64,000 nt of DNA from positions 65,695-129,694 of the forward strand of contig CAVOXU010000005.1 in the NCBI GenBank assembly GCA_963700535.1. Direction: 5' to 3'. The notes beneath the pieces were generated by a model. It did not search any database, was not told the DNA's origin, and worked only from the letters and a program-made list of their open reading frames with translations. Made by a program: the position numbers and the translations under genes. Shown here in pieces: positions 41,037 through 50,468 of this stretch. Position 1 is the first letter of the stretch; each line of letters begins with the position of its first letter. Source of the stretch: Chrysiogenales bacterium. Its GTDB lineage: Bacteria > Acidobacteriota > Aminicenantia > UBA2199.

Positions 41037-41160
41037 GCTTTTGTCACCTTTATGGGTGGAGTGGAAATTTCAAGCTGTTTTTCCGCTCAACCGGTTTATA
41101 ATAGCATAATAAAGGCAGCAGTGACAAGTGACGAGTGCCCGAATCTTCGTTTTGAACATT

Positions 41161-41216
41161 GAATTTGGAACTTGGAATTTATTTGTTATTTGGGATTTGG
41201 ATTTTGGAATTAGGAA
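41161..41216 (+). repeat. degenerate T/G-rich heptad array (TTTGGAN-like)
   Basis: GAATTTG GAACTTG GAATTTA TTTGTTA TTTGGGA TTTGGAT TTTGGAA TTAGGAA. Related to 48533-48580 and, inverted, to 48445-48480. Confidence 0.6.
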
Positions 41217-41246
41217 TATCGGGTGAATTTCTTTTTTATTCTTTAA

Positions 41247-41277
41247 CTTCGAACCTCGAACTTCGAACTTCGAACTC
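41247..41277 (+). repeat. heptanucleotide array (CYTCGAA)x4
   Basis: CTTCGAA CCTCGAA CTTCGAA CTTCGAA CTC. It abuts the stop codon (41278-41280) of the upstream minus-strand gene. Confidence 0.8.
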
Positions 41278-42665
41278 TTACTTCTTCTCGCTGACTATCT
41301 CTTTCAGCACCCTGGTCAGGAAGGAATGGAATGCCCGCAGCGTGGGTTCGAATTCGGCGGAAAAATTGATGCGGCTCAGGTTATCGTAGAAGCTTAAAAA
41401 TTCGTTCCAATCCTTGTAGAGCAGGTAGTTCAGGTCGGTTTCCATGAACTGGTTGATGTCAAAAAAAATCTCCGAGGGGGCGATGCCGCTCTTGCTGGTG
41501 AAATAATCGTTTATCTTGGTGTGCAGCTTGATCAGCTTTTTTTTGACCTCGATGGATTTCTGCTTGCGCGAGACATAGTTTTCGAAAATGCTGTTGCCGC
41601 TGATGTCGGGCTTGAACAGCCGGGCCACGCTTTCGATCAGTTCCTGAACGGCCACTTCGGCAATGACGACAATATTCTGGATCATCCGCCTCTTTTTCAG
41701 CTTGTTGCTGTTGCGCGTCAAAATAAACCGGCAGTTCGCCGTCACTGATCTTCTTGTATTCCAGTTTGAGGTTCTTGAAAATTTCGCCTATCGGTTCCAG
41801 CTTCTTTTTCAGTTCCGGGTCGGATTGCAGGCTTTGCCAAAGGGCCGAGTCGTTGAACTTGATGATGCTTTGCCAGGTTTTTCTTCAGCGACAGGACCAG
41901 GGGAATGGCCATGTCCAGGTACTTGTTCTTGTTGAGGTTCAGCTCAATGAAATTATTGATCTTCAGGATGCGAAAAGAGAGAATGAAGAAAATGCCCAGG
42001 TTCTTGCGGATGTTCTTTTCAGTGCAGGCCGAGATGATCGCGGAAATGTCGGGCTGATAGATCTTGTCCATCTTGGGGATGAATTGTTTTTTCAGCAGTG
42101 AAATCAGGAAAGGGTTGCTGAGCAGTTCGCGGTGGTACAGTTTTTTGATCGACAGATAGGCTTTTTGCGTGACCTGGTCGCCGCGCAGGATCTCGCTCAG
42201 CAGGTTCCGGAAACTCTGCAGGAAGATGCGGAAGCTGTAAAACCACGATTCGGGCGAATAGAGTTCCTTCAGGTTGGGAAATGACTTTTCCATATTCTCT
42301 TCCAGGATCTTTTCCACGACGAATTCCTCGAAATTGAGGAAATACTTGTCCTTCTTGAAATCCAGTTCCTTGAGCAGAGCCGTGATCCTGGCCGACGACT
42401 GGTAGAGGCTGAGGACGTAGAATTCGTAGTTCCTCTCCGCCTGGGAGGGCAGCTTGAAGACCAGGTTTTCCAGGTAGGAAGAGGAATTGAACTCTTCGAT
42501 GCTTTCGAACCACAGCTTCAGCTCGAACAGGTTGAGCATCATTTTTTCCTGGTCGATCTTGTCGATCCAGCCGGAGAAGATCTCCTCCCATTTCTTTTCG
42601 GGCGGCATGGTGACGCTTTCCTTTGAAAAAAAATCGCCGATGTTTGCCAATTCTCTCTTTTCCAT
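41278..42665 (-). CDS. hypothetical helical protein (~460 aa; two frame breaks, near 41880 and at 41700-41745)
   Basis: ORFs 41742-42665 and 41278-41745 join through a third frame (TWQSIIKFNDSALWQSLQSDPELKKKLEPIGEIFKNLKLEYKKISDGELP). No family recognised. Confidence 0.4.
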
Positions 42666-42852
42666 GCAGATATTGTAGCGAATTCATTTCCCATTTGCAA
42701 ATCGCAGCTGCGGCAGCGATGTCTGCTTAAAGGTCATTACCATTTCCGATTTACTGCTTTAGTTTCAAGGGCTTTTCTTAGACAGTGGCAGCAGGCTGGA
42801 AATATTTCCGTTTTGTGGCCAAGCAATATTTTTTTTGCTATACTTGCAGTTG

Positions 42853-43275
42853 ATGGGAAAAACAGAGAACAGGATCTCGATTGCCTTTAAAAGCAACTTG
42901 AAATACACCGAATTGAGCGTCCTGGTGCTCGGCTTCATAAAGAAATTGCTGGACATCGGCGATGATGAATTTTTCAAGATCGAAATTTCCCTGCGCGAGG
43001 CCGCCAACAACGCCATTGTCCATGGCAACGGCAACGATATGGAGAAGCTTGTACACATGAAATTCATCTGGGACAAGTCCTTTCTGCGCATCCATGTCCG
43101 CGATGAAAACGACCGCAAGGTCGAATTCAAGGAAGTGGAGGATAAAATAAACAGCTGCGGTCTGCTTTCCTTCAACGGCCGCGGCATCATGATCATCAAG
43201 AACTACATGGACACTTTCGACTTCCAATGCCTGCCCGGCGGCAGTGAAGTCATCATGGAAAAGAAGCTTTCATGA
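42853..43275 (+). CDS. anti-sigma-factor-type serine kinase (RsbW/SpoIIAB-like GHKL ATPase)
   Basis: N-box EAANNAIVHGN and G-box NGRGIMIIKNYMD. About 140 aa. Confidence 0.65.
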   Translation: MGKTENRISIAFKSNLKYTELSVLVLGFIKKLLDIGDDEFFKIEISLREAANNAIVHGNGNDMEKLVHMKFIWDKSFLRIHVRDENDRKVEFKEVEDKINSCGLLSFNGRGIMIIKNYMDTFDFQCLPGGSEVIMEKKLS

Positions 43276-43973
43276 ACCTTCTGTGCTTTGACACCACTTC
43301 GCGCGATGCTTCCATGGCGGTGCTGCGCGACCAAGAGATCCTGCTGGAGTACAATTTTTCCACGCGGGACAATCTGTCGGCCGTGATGATCCCCAGCCTG
43401 GAGTTTCTCCTGCGCTCGCTGGGCCTGAAAATAGCGCAGATAGACTTGTTCGGCGTGGCCGTCGGCCCCGGACTTTTTACCGGCATCCGCATCGGCCTGG
43501 CCACGCTCAAGGGGTTGAATTTCGCCGCGGCCAAACCCATGGTCGCGGTGAACACCCTGGAAGCGCTGGCCTGCAAGTTCGCCGATGCGAAAAAAAACAT
43601 TGTGGCGCTGATCGATGCCAGGAAAGGCGAGGTCTACCTCGGCTGCTACAACTTCATCAACGGTGAAATAAACGTACTGGTCCAGCCCTGCCTGCTGCCG
43701 GTCGCGGCCCTGGTTTCCCTGCTGGAGCCGATTTCCGACAAGGTTTTTGTGGGCAGCGGCGCCGAATGCCACGGGGACTTTTTAAAAAGCGCCTTTGGCG
43801 AATGCCGCTTGCAGAACCGTTCCAACTTTCTGGCCACAGAAATCGGCAGAATAGCGCTGCAGATGTTCCACAAGCGGCAGTCTACGACCGATCTGCAAAA
43901 AATGATTCCCTGCTATATTCGCAGGCCCGATGCCCAAAGCAATTTGGCCAGAAGCAACAGCGCCGTTGATTAG
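43272..43973 (+). CDS. tsaB: tRNA t6A biosynthesis protein TsaB
   Basis: LCFDTTS and VAVGPGLFTGIRIGLATLKG. Confidence 0.8.
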   Translation: MNLLCFDTTSRDASMAVLRDQEILLEYNFSTRDNLSAVMIPSLEFLLRSLGLKIAQIDLFGVAVGPGLFTGIRIGLATLKGLNFAAAKPMVAVNTLEALACKFADAKKNIVALIDARKGEVYLGCYNFINGEINVLVQPCLLPVAALVSLLEPISDKVFVGSGAECHGDFLKSAFGECRLQNRSNFLATEIGRIALQMFHKRQSTTDLQKMIPCYIRRPDAQSNLARSNSAVD

Positions 43974-44403
43974 AAAGGCCGCGGTCGCCGACTTGCCTGC
44001 CATCCATCAAATCGAGTGCGAGCAGTTTTCCAATCCCTGGCGCCATGAATATTTCATGGCCGAACTGGCCAACAGCTTTTCCAGTTTATTCGTGATCGAG
44101 AATCCTGCCAACGGCACTTTGATCGGGTATATGCTTTTTTGGCGGCTTGGCGTCGAGTTGGAGCTGCACAAGATCGCCGTGGCCAAGGCCTGGCAAGGGC
44201 AGGGCTATGCTTTGCAGCTGATGGAGTTCCTTATCCGGACCGCCCGCTCATTGGGGAGCGAAAGGGTAGTGCTCGAAGTGAGGGCCCATAATACCCCGGC
44301 CATCAACTTGTATGAGAAGTTCGCCTTCCGCGGCGTGGGGCGGCGCCGGGATTATTATGACCAGCCCGTGGAGGACGCCCTGCTGTATGAATTGGTTTTG
44401 TGA
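43930..44403 (+). CDS. rimI: ribosomal-protein-alanine N-acetyltransferase (GNAT)
   Basis: IAVAKAWQGQGYA acetyl-CoA motif and LEVRAHNTPAINLYEKFAF. The start may be the in-frame TTG at 43966. Confidence 0.75.
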   Translation: MPKAIWPEATAPLIRKAAVADLPAIHQIECEQFSNPWRHEYFMAELANSFSSLFVIENPANGTLIGYMLFWRLGVELELHKIAVAKAWQGQGYALQLMEFLIRTARSLGSERVVLEVRAHNTPAINLYEKFAFRGVGRRRDYYDQPVEDALLYELVL

Positions 44404-44418
44404 AGCGCGGGTCGCCGG

Positions 44419-45510
44419 CTACAAAAAATCAGGGTCTTCCTTTATCCTTTTCTCTATCTTCAGTTTTTCTTCGATCCAGAAATCGAGGCCGATTTCATTA
44501 AAAATATTGATGATCTCGGGATCGAATTGTTTGCCGGAAAACCTCACTAATTCTCCGGCCGCGGCCTTGAAGGACAGTGCTTTCTGATAGGGGCGGTCAG
44601 AGGTCATGGCATCGATGGCATCGGCGATATTGAATATCCTCGCTCCCAGGGGAATGTTTTCGCCGGCCAGGCCGTCGGGATAGCCGCTGCCGTCGAAGGC
44701 TTCATGGTGGTGCAGAACGATCTGGGCGGCAGGGTCCAGGAATTTGATGCGCCGCAGTACATTGTAGCCGATGGACGGGTGGTTCTTCATGATGCGCCAT
44801 TCTTCGGGGCCCAGTTTTTCCGGTTTGCGCAGTATGGCGTCGGGGATGCCGATCTTGCCGATATCGTGCAGCAGGGCACCGTACTCAAAAATTTTCAATG
44901 TGTCCTTGTCGTTGATGCCCATCAATTCTGAGAGTTTCAGGGTAAAGCGGACAACACGCAGGGAATGGCCCTGGGTTTCTGTGTCGCGGGTATCCAGGGC
45001 GGTGACCATGGCCCGCAGGGTGAAATTGTAGGTCATGTCCAGTTCGACCAGGGCCTGTTTCAATTCGCTGGTCCTTTCTTCGACCATTTTTTCCAGGCGT
45101 TTCTGGTATTCCTTGTTTTCCATGACCAGGCGTCTTTTTTCCAGGGCCTTGTTGGCAACAAACGACACTTCGTTGAGTTTGAATGGCTTGGAAACGTAGT
45201 CGTAGGCTCCCTTGGACATGGCGGCAATGGCCGATTCTATGTCCTTGACCGCCGAAATCATGATCACCATCACGTCCTGGTCCAGGCGCTTGATGTCATC
45301 GAGCAGGTCCAGACCGGTTTTTCCGGGCATGCGGATATCGGACATGATGACATCGAAATTGTCGTCGGCTTTGAATTTTTCCAGGGCTTCGAAAGCGTTG
45401 GCGGCCAGCTGGCATTCATAGCCTTCGCCTTCCAGATAATCGCACAGCAGTTCGCGAATGTCCTTTTCGTCGTCGGCTATTAATATCTTTCCCTTGAACA
45501 TTGCAATCAA
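44419..45510 (-). CDS. response regulator with HD-GYP phosphodiesterase domain (RpfG-like)
   Basis: REC domain (ILIADDE...DVIMSDIRMPGKTG). HD-GYP motifs are LHDIGKIGIP and HHHEAFDGSGYPDG. Confidence 0.85.
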   Translation of the reverse strand: MIAMFKGKILIADDEKDIRELLCDYLEGEGYECQLAANAFEALEKFKADDNFDVIMSDIRMPGKTGLDLLDDIKRLDQDVMVIMISAVKDIESAIAAMSKGAYDYVSKPFKLNEVSFVANKALEKRRLVMENKEYQKRLEKMVEERTSELKQALVELDMTYNFTLRAMVTALDTRDTETQGHSLRVVRFTLKLSELMGINDKDTLKIFEYGALLHDIGKIGIPDAILRKPEKLGPEEWRIMKNHPSIGYNVLRRIKFLDPAAQIVLHHHEAFDGSGYPDGLAGENIPLGARIFNIADAIDAMTSDRPYQKALSFKAAAGELVRFSGKQFDPEIINIFNEIGLDFWIEEKLKIEKRIKEDPDFL

Positions 45511-45596
45511 GATATCAGAAAAACAAGATTTGGTAAAGTTCAGCGCGCTGGAATCCGGAGCGGCTCGGCCGAGATCCCGGCGTATGCGGCCGGGGC

Positions 45597-47024
45597 TCAG
45601 TAGCGATAATTTTCAGGTTTGAACGGACCATTGGTTGGAATACCAAGATAGGCGGACTGTTCAGGAGTCAGGATCGTGAGCCGGGCTCCCAGCGCCGGCA
45701 AATGCATGCGGGCCACTTCTTCGTCAAGGCGCTTGGGCAGCGTGAATACTTTTTTTTCAATCCCGCCCTTGGCCAGCTCGATCTGGGCCAGGCACTGGTT
45801 GGTAAAACTGCAGCTCATGACAAAACTGGGATGCCCGGTGGCGCAGCCCAGGTTGAGCAGGCGCCCCTCTGCCAAAACGATGATCGAGCGGCCCGATTTC
45901 AGCGTCCATTTGTCCACCTGGGGCTTGATGGTCATTTTCAGGCAGCCTGGAGTCGTTTCCAGATAGTGCATGTCGATCTCACTGTCAAAATGGCCGATAT
46001 TGCCGACAATGGCTTCATTCCTCATCATCTCCATATGCCGGCCGGTTATGACGTTGCAATTGCCGGTGGCGCTTATGAAAATATCTCCCACAGCGGCCAT
46101 CTCTTCCATGGTGGAAACCTGGTAGCCCTCCATGGCCGCCTGCAAGGCACAAATGGGGTCTATCTCGGTGATGATCACCCGGGCGCCGAAACCACGCATG
46201 GACTGGGCGCAGCCCTTGCCGACGTCGCCGTAGCCGCAGATCACGACCTTCTTGCCGGCCACCATGATGTCGGTAGCGCGCTTGATGCCGTCGGCCAGCG
46301 ATTCCCGGCAGCCGTAGAGATTGTCGAACTTGGACTTGGTCACCGAATCGTTGACATTGATGGCAGGGAACAGGAGGCTGCCCTCGGCCTGCATCTGGTA
46401 CAGGCGGTGCACGCCGGTGGTGGTTTCCTCGGAAACGCCGCGGATGCTGCGGCTGATGCGGGTCCAGCGCTGAGGATCACGCTGCCAGGATTCACTCAGG
46501 CGCTGCCGGACCACAGCCATCTCCTTGTTTTCCGGAGCAGCATCTTGCATAGATCCGGAATTTTTTTCGAACTTCACGCCCTGGTGGACCAGCATGGTTG
46601 CGTCACCGCCGTCATCGACGATCAGGTCGGGACCGGAGCCGTCGGGCCAGGTCAGGGCCTGCTCGGTGCACCACCAGTATTCCTCCAGGGATTCCCCCTT
46701 CCAGGCGAATACGGCAGCTGAACCTGCCTTGGCAATGGCAGCGGCGGCATGGTCCTGGGTGGAAAAAATATTGCAGGAGGCCCAGCGCACGTCGGCGCCC
46801 AGTTCGACCAGCGTTTCGATGAGCATGGCTGTTTGGATGGTCATGTGCAGGCTGCCGGTGATTTTCAAACCGGCCAGAGGCTTTCCCGGTCCGTATTTGC
46901 TGCGAATAGCCATCAGCCCGGGCATTTCCGCTCGAGCCAGATCCATTTCCCTTCGACCCCAATCGGCAAGTGAAATATCGGCGATCTTGTAGGGCAGGAC
47001 GCGGTCCTTGTCCGTTGTCTTCAT
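45597..47024 (-). CDS. ahcY: adenosylhomocysteinase
   Basis: [16 protein letters not shown] and the NAD site [10 protein letters not shown]. The ATG at 47024 is preceded by GGAG. The ORF-track start at 47138 adds an implausible extension. Confidence 0.9.
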   Translation of the reverse strand: MKTTDKDRVLPYKIADISLADWGRREMDLARAEMPGLMAIRSKYGPGKPLAGLKITGSLHMTIQTAMLIETLVELGADVRWASCNIFSTQDHAAAAIAKAGSAAVFAWKGESLEEYWWCTEQALTWPDGSGPDLIVDDGGDATMLVHQGVKFEKNSGSMQDAAPENKEMAVVRQRLSESWQRDPQRWTRISRSIRGVSEETTTGVHRLYQMQAEGSLLFPAINVNDSVTKSKFDNLYGCRESLADGIKRATDIMVAGKKVVICGYGDVGKGCAQSMRGFGARVIITEIDPICALQAAMEGYQVSTMEEMAAVGDIFISATGNCNVITGRHMEMMRNEAIVGNIGHFDSEIDMHYLETTPGCLKMTIKPQVDKWTLKSGRSIIVLAEGRLLNLGCATGHPSFVMSCSFTNQCLAQIELAKGGIEKKVFTLPKRLDEEVARMHLPALGARLTILTPEQSAYLGIPTNGPFKPENYRY

Positions 47025-47066
47025 TTTATTCTCCGTTTTTTTCATTGATCCCTCATTTGCTGCGCA

Positions 47067-47107
47067 GGGCGACCCATCCGCCAGCGTTTCGCTTGGCGGA
47101 TCGCCCC
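47067..47107 (-). other. long interrupted hairpin in the metK-ahcY spacer
   Basis: On the minus strand the sequence is GGGCG-ATCCGCCA-AGCG-AAA-CGCT-TGGCGGAT-GGGT-CGCCC. That gives about 17 bp of pairing with one 3-nt bulge and no U-tract after it. Confidence 0.6.
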
Positions 47108-47135
47108 TACATTGCACTGTATCCTTATTCTTCAA

Positions 47136-47157
47136 CATCGAACTTCGAACGTCGAAC
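47136..47157 (+). repeat. heptanucleotide array (CNTCGAA)x3
   Basis: CATCGAA CTTCGAA CGTCGAA. It ends 5 nt from the metK stop codon. Confidence 0.75.
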
Positions 47158-47162
47158 CACTT

Positions 47163-48318
47163 TTATTTTTTTGCCAGGGCTTTCAGTTCCTTGACCTTGT
47201 CCAGCTTTTCCCAGGGGAATTCATTGCGGCCGAAGTGACCGTATGATGCTGTTTTTTTGTAAATGGGCTTTTTCAGGTCAAGTTGCTTCAGGATATCGCC
47301 CGGTTTAAGGGGGAATACCTTGCGGATCATCGAGGTGATCTTTTCTTCGCTTATTTTGCCGGTGCCGAACGTATTGACATTGACCGAGACCGGCTCAGCA
47401 ACACCGATGGCATATGCCAGTTGGACTTCGCATTTTTCGGCCAGACCGGCCGCTACGATGTTCTTGGCAATATAGCGGGCCACGTAAGCGCCGGAACGGT
47501 CGACCTTGCTTGGATCTTTGCCGGAAAAAGCGCCGCCGCCGTGCCGGCCCATGCCGCCATAGGTGTCGACGATGATCTTGCGTCCGGTCAGCCCCGCGTC
47601 GGCAAAGGGCCCGCCCACGACGAACTTGCCGGTGGGATTGATATAAAACCTGGTAGTGGCGGTCAGCCATTTGCCGCATACCGGCTTAACCACGTGCTTG
47701 ATGATATCCTTTTCGATGCGGGCGTGCTTGATTTTCTCGTCGTGTTGATTGGAGACCACCACGGCTGTGACCTGGCGGGGTTTGCCGTTTTCGTATTCGA
47801 CGGTCACCTGGGCCTTGCCGTCGGGGCCAAGGTAGGGAATGCGCTTGTTTTTTCTGACCTGGGCCAGTTTCATGGTCAGTTTGTGGGCCAGGCTGATGGG
47901 CAGGGGCATGTAGTCAGCAGTTTCGCAGCTGGCATACCCGAACATCATGCCCTGGTCGCCGGCGCCCTGTTCGTGCCCCCTGGCCACGTTCACGCCCATG
48001 GCGATATCCGGGGATTGTTCTTCAATGTGCACCAGTACGGCACAGGTTTCGTATTCAATGCCGTAGCGCGACTGGGTGTAGCCGATTTCCTTTAAGAGTC
48101 TGGCGGACGATGTTTGGAATATTGACATATGCAGTTGTTGTCAGCTCACCTGCAACCAGGACCATGCCGGTCTTGGTCAGGGTCTCGATGGCTACGCGTG
48201 AATTCGGGTCCTGCTCCAGGCAGGCATCAAGAATGCTGTCGGAAATCTGGTCGCAAATCTTGTCCGGATGTCCCGCGCATACCGATTCTGAAGTGAATAG
48301 ATATTTCCCCTTGATCAT
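47163..48318 (-). CDS. metK: S-adenosylmethionine synthase (one frame break near 48094)
   Basis: GGAGG RBS plus the ATG at 48318. [24 protein letters not shown] and GGGAFSGKD. ...IVRQTLK continues as [10 protein letters not shown] in the other frame, and AAAGGAAATC looks like AAAGAAATC with an extra G. Confidence 0.9.
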
Positions 48319-48356
48319 TTTTACCTCCAAGGATAGCAATGGTTGGAATAAAAACA

Positions 48357-48385
48357 ATGGTAACAAATAAGGTCATTTATGTCAA
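48357..48385 (-). promoter_or_regulatory. candidate sigma-70 promoter for metK
   Basis: Minus strand reads TTGACA-N17-TACCAT, about 35 nt upstream of the start codon. Confidence 0.4.
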
Positions 48386-48402
48386 TCGAAATTTCGCGAA
48401 TT

Positions 48403-48439
48403 GAAATCGGTTTACGGTGTACGGTATACGGCGTACGGG
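48403..48439 (-). repeat. heptanucleotide array (CCGTANN)x5, inverted copy
   Basis: Minus strand reads CCGTACG CCGTATA CCGTACA CCGTAAA CCGATTT, the same layout as 39877-39911. Confidence 0.8.
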
Positions 48440-48589
48440 AAGAACAAGCATCAAAATCCAAGCTCCGAATTCCAAACAAACGCCAATGCCCTGAAATAAG
48501 TAGGAAATCTGCAATCGCCTTTGTTTTTATCATTGGAATTTGGGCTTGAAAATTATTTGTGATTTATGATTTGGGTTTTTCCTTTTTTG

Positions 48590-48624
48590 CCGTTCACCGT
48601 CTGCCGTACGCCGTAAACCGAGTA
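48590..48624 (+). repeat. heptanucleotide array (CCGTNNN)x5
   Basis: CCGTTCA CCGTCTG CCGTACG CCGTAAA CCGAGTA, 16 nt from the ggt stop codon and inverted relative to 48403-48439. Confidence 0.8.
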
Positions 48625-48640
48625 GTAATTTCGTTTGAGT

Positions 48641-50332
48641 TCAATAACCTATGGCGCAGCCATCTTTCCTGGATTCGCTGGCCCCGATCAGTATCCTTCT
48701 TTTAAGGTCGAGCCAAATGCCCTGGTAGCCGCCGAATTCGCCGGAACTTTTTCTCACTTTGTGGCCGCGGTTCAGCAGATCGCGGATCACTTCGGGTTCT
48801 ATGCCGCTTTCCAGGAGAACCAGACCTCCATCGCTCATAATGGATCCGTCGGGCTCGGAAGAGCCGGCGTGGCGGAAGCGCGGGGCATCGCCCGCTTCCT
48901 GCAGGTTCATGGCGAAATCGATGATGTTGCAAAGGATCTGCACGTGTCCCTGGGGCTGCATGTCGCCGCCCATGACCCCGAAAGAAAACTGTGGTTCGCC
49001 ATTGCGGGTGACAAAGCCGGGGATGATGGTATGAAACGGCCTTTTTCCGGGAGCCAGGCTGTTGGCGTGGCCCGGCTCGAGGTTGAACAGGGCGCCGCGG
49101 TCCTGCAGGCAGAATCCCAGCCCGTCGGGGACCATGCCCGAGCCGAAGCCGACATAATTGCTCTGTATCAGTGAGACGGCGTTGAAATCCCTGTCGACCA
49201 CGGTAAGGTAGACCGTATCGCCTTTGGCCAGGCGCGGATCGCCGGCCGCAACACTATTGTTGCTGCGTTCGGCTCGGAAGAGCTGTAACCGTTGTTTCGC
49301 ATATGCGGGTGAAATGAGCGTGGAATAATCAATCTCGGCGAAACGCGGGTCAGCGTAAAAGCGGGCCCGGTCCTCATAGACGATTTTTTTTATTTCGATC
49401 AGGGTATGCAGGAAGTCGGCCGAGTTGTGGCCCATGGCCCTGAGATCAAAGTTTTCGAGCATCTGCAGCATCTGCAGGACGGCCAGGCCCTGGCCGTTGG
49501 GAGGCAGTTCCCAGACGTCGTATCCCCGGTAATTGATGCTCATGGGCGCGACCCATTCGGGCTGGAAACCGGAAAAATCCTTTTCCGAAAAAAATCCGCC
49601 GACCTGCCTGGAATAGGCTACGATTTTTTTGGCAAGTTCGCCGCTGTAGAAGACGTCGCGGCCGCCATGGGCAAGCAGGCGGTAGGTCGCGGCCAGTTCG
49701 GGGTTGCGGAATACGTCGCCTTTGCCAGGTATCTTGCCTTGCGGGGCATACAATTTTTGAAAATTTTCGAAGCGATTGAAGGCCAGCAGCGAACGTTGCC
49801 AGTAATGGGCGATCAGTTCCGACAGTGGAAAACCTTGTTCGGCGTAGGTGATGGCCGGGGCCAGCACTTCGGCCATTGACAGCTTGCCGAATTTGCCGTG
49901 CAGTGCGAACCAGCCGGCCACGCAGCCCGGAACCGTCCAGGGCAGGGGGCCTGTTTCGGGCATTTTTTTAATGCCCTTTTTTTTAAAGTAGGCGATGTCG
50001 ATCCCGGCCGGGGCCGGACCGCTGGCATTGAGTCCGTACAGTTTTGCCGATTTATTGTCCCAGACAATTGCGAAAAGGTCGCCGCCGATGCCTGATCCGG
50101 ACGGTTCCATCAAGCCCAGGGCCGCGTTGACGGCAATGGCGGCGTCTATGGCGCTGCCGCCTTTTTTCAAAATATCGATGCCGATCTGGGCGGCCAGCGG
50201 CTGGCTGGCAGCCACCATGCCCTGACAGGCGATGACTTCGGAACGGGTAGCAAACATGCGTCCGGTCAAGCGGTCACTCCCCGGAAGCTGCATGAACAGC
50301 AAGCAGATCGACAGCCAGACTGATTTTTTCAT
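48641..50332 (-). CDS. ggt: gamma-glutamyltransferase
   Basis: Signal peptide, GGSAIDAA, nucleophile context GDTVYLTVVD and MGGDMQPQ. Confidence 0.9.
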   Translation of the reverse strand: MKKSVWLSICLLFMQLPGSDRLTGRMFATRSEVIACQGMVAASQPLAAQIGIDILKKGGSAIDAAIAVNAALGLMEPSGSGIGGDLFAIVWDNKSAKLYGLNASGPAPAGIDIAYFKKKGIKKMPETGPLPWTVPGCVAGWFALHGKFGKLSMAEVLAPAITYAEQGFPLSELIAHYWQRSLLAFNRFENFQKLYAPQGKIPGKGDVFRNPELAATYRLLAHGGRDVFYSGELAKKIVAYSRQVGGFFSEKDFSGFQPEWVAPMSINYRGYDVWELPPNGQGLAVLQMLQMLENFDLRAMGHNSADFLHTLIEIKKIVYEDRARFYADPRFAEIDYSTLISPAYAKQRLQLFRAERSNNSVAAGDPRLAKGDTVYLTVVDRDFNAVSLIQSNYVGFGSGMVPDGLGFCLQDRGALFNLEPGHANSLAPGKRPFHTIIPGFVTRNGEPQFSFGVMGGDMQPQGHVQILCNIIDFAMNLQEAGDAPRFRHAGSSEPDGSIMSDGGLVLLESGIEPEVIRDLLNRGHKVRKSSGEFGGYQGIWLDLKRRILIGASESRKDGCAIGY

Positions 50333-50468
50333 TTTTCCTCCAATTCATGATTTCAATTATATGCCGCTGATTTTTTCGACGCAATCCACCCGGCCGCGCC
50401 CAATAGAAAATAAATCATATTTATGTTATAAATTGACGGAAGTGACCTTTGCCTGGAGGAGGAGCATC

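Noticed and set aside
45702-48095. Long plus-strand ORFs 45702-46721 and 47283-48095
   Set aside because: They are antisense shadows of ahcY and metK and have no recognisable motifs.
39762-48624. CRISPR array interpretation of the short repeats
   Set aside because: The units are 7-8 nt and directly tandem with no spacers. No cas genes are present in the window.
48403-48624. IS element or transposon
   Set aside because: There is no transposase ORF, only a ~220-bp non-coding palindrome. At most it is MITE-like, and it is reported as a finding rather than called as a mobile element.
48319-48640. SAM riboswitch upstream of metK
   Set aside because: I read the minus-strand leader and found none of the conserved SAM-I-like strings. 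A TTGACA-N17-TACCAT promoter only about 35 nt from the start codon leaves no room for an aptamer. The rest of the spacer is heptad-repeat DNA.
50232-50468. N-terminal extension of the M48 ORF (and similar extensions at 47025-47138 for ahcY, 40658-40741 for tatC and 39354-39407 for the S46 peptidase)
   Set aside because: The extensions overlap neighbouring genes or lack an RBS. Internal starts with GGAGG-type sites give canonical N-termini or signal peptides.
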